From NCBI GenBank assembly GCA_045589295.1, contig JAZNOU010000012.1, positions 1 through 64,000 of the forward strand: a stretch of DNA of 64,000 nt, given 5' to 3'. The notes under the pieces were generated by a model that saw only the letters and a list, made by a program, of their open reading frames with translations, was not told the DNA's origin and searched no databases. The position numbers were made by a program, and so were the translations under genes. Below, piece by piece: positions 61,325 to 64,000 of this stretch. Source of the DNA: Clostridia bacterium (GTDB lineage Bacteria; Bacillota; Clostridia; RGIG6154). Position 1 is the first letter of the stretch; each line of letters opens with the position of its first letter.

Positions 61325-62094
61325 CAAAAAGAGAAATTATAGATAAAACGGCCATAGAAAAAGAAGATAAAATTTTACTTTCCCATCTTTTCGACCTTGA
61401 TGAAAAAGCAAATTCCAGAGGGTTTGTGACATCAAGCGGTTTTTTGGACTTAAATCGCTTAAGCATGGCAGAGGGAATTGAAAAGCATTTTAAATGCCAA
61501 AATGTAACCTTTGGCGGATATGAAGATGCTGAAAGAAAGGTTATTTATTTTCTGCCGCAGGGAGATATGCAACCAGATTTTTCTGACATCAGAGTTTTAT
61601 GTTCTAAAATAAGCACCCCGTTAAATCACAGAGAGGTTCTGGGCTCTTTAATGGGACTTGGCATTGACAGAAGTCTTGTTGGTGATATTCTCATATCTGA
61701 AAAAAGTGTACAGATTATTGTAAAAAAAGAGATTGCTCAGTTTATTGTGCAAAATTTTTTGCGAGCTTCAAAAACAAGGCTTTCGTTTGAAGTTGGCGGT
61801 ATAGAAAATATCGAAATTCCTGAAAAAACCACAAAGGAAATAACAGGAACAATAAAATCTTTGAGGCTTGACAGCGTTATTTCGCTTGCTTTTTCTGTTT
61901 CAAGAACGCTTTGTAAAGATTTGATTGCGGCATCTAAAGTTTTTGTAAATGACAGATGTGTGACAAAGCCGGATTTTATAGTTTCTGAAGGTGACAAGCT
62001 TACACTTCGTGGTAAGGGTAAGGCGTTTTTAGTCGAAATCGGCAGTTTAAGCCGCAAAGAAAGAATATTTGTAAAAATTCAAAGGTATATTTAG
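61321..62094 (+). CDS. YlmH-family S4 RNA-binding protein
   Basis: GGYEDAER, HREVLGSLMGLG, SLRLDSV, LRGKGK. Confidence 0.88.
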   Translation: MTKREIIDKTAIEKEDKILLSHLFDLDEKANSRGFVTSSGFLDLNRLSMAEGIEKHFKCQNVTFGGYEDAERKVIYFLPQGDMQPDFSDIRVLCSKISTPLNHREVLGSLMGLGIDRSLVGDILISEKSVQIIVKKEIAQFIVQNFLRASKTRLSFEVGGIENIEIPEKTTKEITGTIKSLRLDSVISLAFSVSRTLCKDLIAASKVFVNDRCVTKPDFIVSEGDKLTLRGKGKAFLVEIGSLSRKERIFVKIQRYI

Positions 62095-62105
62095 GGAGTG
62101 GTCAA

Positions 62106-62351
62106 ATGAGATACTTTACAAAAGGAGTTTGTTCGGCGGCTATTGATTTTGAAGTCGAAGACGGCAAGCTTGCAAATGTTAAATTTACAGGCGGTTGCTC
62201 TGGTAATACCCAGGGAGTTGCATCTTTGGTAGAGGGAATGGATGTGGACGAAGTTATAAGACGTTGCGAAAACATTAAATGCGGTTTTAAAAATACATCT
62301 TGTCCTGACCAACTTGCTAAGGCATTAAAAGAGTACAAAGAAAATAATTAA
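62106..62351 (+). CDS. TSCPD-domain protein (TIGR03905-like)
   Basis: GVCS, GGCSGN, CGFKNTSCPDQL. Confidence 0.9.
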   Translation: MRYFTKGVCSAAIDFEVEDGKLANVKFTGGCSGNTQGVASLVEGMDVDEVIRRCENIKCGFKNTSCPDQLAKALKEYKENN

Positions 62352-62369
62352 AAAGGTAGAGAAAGTAAT

Positions 62370-63116
62370 ATGAAAAAATTTTCAAGTTTGATTTTGGTAT
62401 TGGCGTTTTGCTTTGGGTTGGTTTCGTGCGGGCAAAAGAATGCAGAAAATTCTGCCGGCGATGATATTAAGGGCAAAACACCAATAAGTGCAACAGCAAA
62501 AGATGAATATGGCATGACATATACCATTAAATTTGATGAAAATGGAAACAAGATATATTCTGAAAATAAAGTAGGTGACTGGGAAAAGTGGGAATATGAT
62601 GAAAACGGGAACCAGACATTCTACGAAACCTCACTTGGTGACTGGGAAAAGTATGAATATGATGAAAACGGCAATAAGATATATGCTGAAGATGTAAGCG
62701 GTGACTGGAAGAAGTACGAATATGACGAAAACGGGAACCAGACATATTTTGAAAACGCATCCGGCGAATGGAATAAGGCAGAATATGATGAAAACGGCAG
62801 AGAGATATATTACGAAAACTCAAAGGGTGAACGTTACGATACATATAAATATGACGAAAAAGGAAACGTTTTGAGTAAAGAAAATGCCGATGGTGCCATG
62901 ATAAAGTACGAATATGACGAAAATGGAAACCAGACATATTACGAAGATTCATCTAAATACTGGCGCAAGTGGGAATATGATGAAAACGGCAACTGCACAT
63001 ATTACGTAGACGCATACAAATACTGGCGTATGTGGAAATACGATGAAAACGGCAGAGAGATATATTACGGGACCTCACATGGTGATGGAACAAGCACAAC
63101 TTACGTATACGAATAA
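62370..63116 (+). CDS. Lipoprotein with nine ~21-aa YD-like repeats
   Basis: Lipobox LVSC; repeat (W/Y)EYDENGN..Y.E...G.W.K with a 63-bp period. Confidence 0.85.
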   Translation: MKKFSSLILVLAFCFGLVSCGQKNAENSAGDDIKGKTPISATAKDEYGMTYTIKFDENGNKIYSENKVGDWEKWEYDENGNQTFYETSLGDWEKYEYDENGNKIYAEDVSGDWKKYEYDENGNQTYFENASGEWNKAEYDENGREIYYENSKGERYDTYKYDEKGNVLSKENADGAMIKYEYDENGNQTYYEDSSKYWRKWEYDENGNCTYYVDAYKYWRMWKYDENGREIYYGTSHGDGTSTTYVYE

Positions 63117-63120
63117 AAAA

Positions 63121-63819
63121 CTATTTGCATTCCAGCACAGATTCGAGTTCTGTTACTGATTTAATTTCAAATGTAACAGGAAGTGTGGCAGGCTTTCCTT
63201 TTGGGTTTACCCAGGCGGTGTCGATACCGGCATTTATTCCGCCCTGAATGTCAGATGAAAGGGAATCACCGATAATTAAAATTTTTGATTTGTCTTTCTC
63301 TCGGATTTCAGAAAATACAACATCAAAAAATTCTTTGTTGGGTTTGTTTGCACCTATCTCGTCAGAATTGAATACTTTTAAAAACAGAGGGTAAAATCCG
63401 CTTCCTTTTAAACGTGCGGTTGAAACCTTTAAAAGTGCATTTGTTACGGCATAAACATCATATTTTTCTTTAAGTTTTATAACGGTATCTTTTGCACCCT
63501 CAATTTCAAAAAATCCTTTTGAGGTGTTTTTTATAAAACATTCGTTTGCGTGTTGTGAATCATAATTAAATCCATAGATTTGTTTTAAATCTTCAAATCT
63601 TTTAACAATAAGACTTTGCTTTGTTATTTCTTTTCTCTGATACATTTCCCAGAGCTTTATGTTGATTTGGTTATAGGTTTTAACTACTTCTTCATTACAA
63701 AAACACCCCAGCTCTTTTAAAGCAAGGTTGAGTGCAAAATGTTCAGTTTTGCCAAAGTCTAATAATGTGTCGTCAATATCAAAAAGTAATGTTGTATACA
63801 TAATAATCCTTATATTCAA
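63121..63819 (-). CDS. HAD-family nucleotidase, YjjG-like
   Basis: FDIDDTLLDF, VTN, KP, IGDSLSSDIQGG. Confidence 0.9.
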   Translation of the reverse strand: MNIRIIMYTTLLFDIDDTLLDFGKTEHFALNLALKELGCFCNEEVVKTYNQINIKLWEMYQRKEITKQSLIVKRFEDLKQIYGFNYDSQHANECFIKNTSKGFFEIEGAKDTVIKLKEKYDVYAVTNALLKVSTARLKGSGFYPLFLKVFNSDEIGANKPNKEFFDVVFSEIREKDKSKILIIGDSLSSDIQGGINAGIDTAWVNPKGKPATLPVTFEIKSVTELESVLECK

Positions 63820-63866
63820 AAGCGGAAGGTATAAAACCTTCCGCTTATGTAGTTTTTTAACTTAAA

Positions 63867-64000
63867 TTATTTGCTTGTGAGGGTAGCTGTCTGTGTTTCT
63901 CCATCCCAGCCAACGTCAACTCCCATAGCGTCTGAAATAGCACGAAGCGGAACAAGTGTTCTCCAGTTAACTTCTCTTGCAGGAACATCTAATTTAACGG
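63867..64000 (-). CDS. C-terminus of a protein with a copper amine oxidase N-terminal-like (stalk) domain; partial
   Basis: ...LDVPAREVNWRTLVPLRAISDAMGVDVGWDGETQTATLTSK*. Confidence 0.8.
   Translation of the reverse strand, partial: VKLDVPAREVNWRTLVPLRAISDAMGVDVGWDGETQTATLTSK

Noticed and set aside
62530-63060. 63-bp periodic repeats as a CRISPR array
   Set aside because: In-frame degenerate coding repeats within a lipoprotein; no cas genes in the window.

Overview
AT-rich chromosome of a Bacillota (Clostridia-like) bacterium spanning the replication origin. Core genes: dnaA-dnaN-remB-like-recF-gyrB-gyrA with two parS sites, parA-parB-serS, a split B12 methionine synthase/metF operon, tRNA-Leu, tRNA-Pro, an SLH protein and smpB-ssrA. 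Accessory DNA: (i) the right end of an integrated element (1-1946), followed by a 1015-bp direct-repeat-bounded barnase/barstar-type cassette; (ii) a ~13.8-kb tyrosine-integrase element inserted into the 3' end of the GGGtGRT gene (30844-44684), carrying a WYL regulator, an HNH-like protein, a giant adhesin and a resolvase; (iii) a second, intact MuF-motif-barnase/barstar cassette (44822-45646); (iv) a ~11.8-kb island at the tmRNA 3' end (45929-57758) with a type II R-M pair, two divergent large serine recombinases, an SF3 helicase, an ArgR-like regulator lacking the arginine pocket, and DUF1643, an SCC/satellite-like architecture. Best leads for new biology: island (iv), the stand-alone mini-MuF toxin cassettes, a DnaA with an altered recognition helix paired with non-canonical boxes, and structured CCA-CGTCG trailers after tRNA/tmRNA ends. 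All family calls come from motif recognition by eye; no searches were run.
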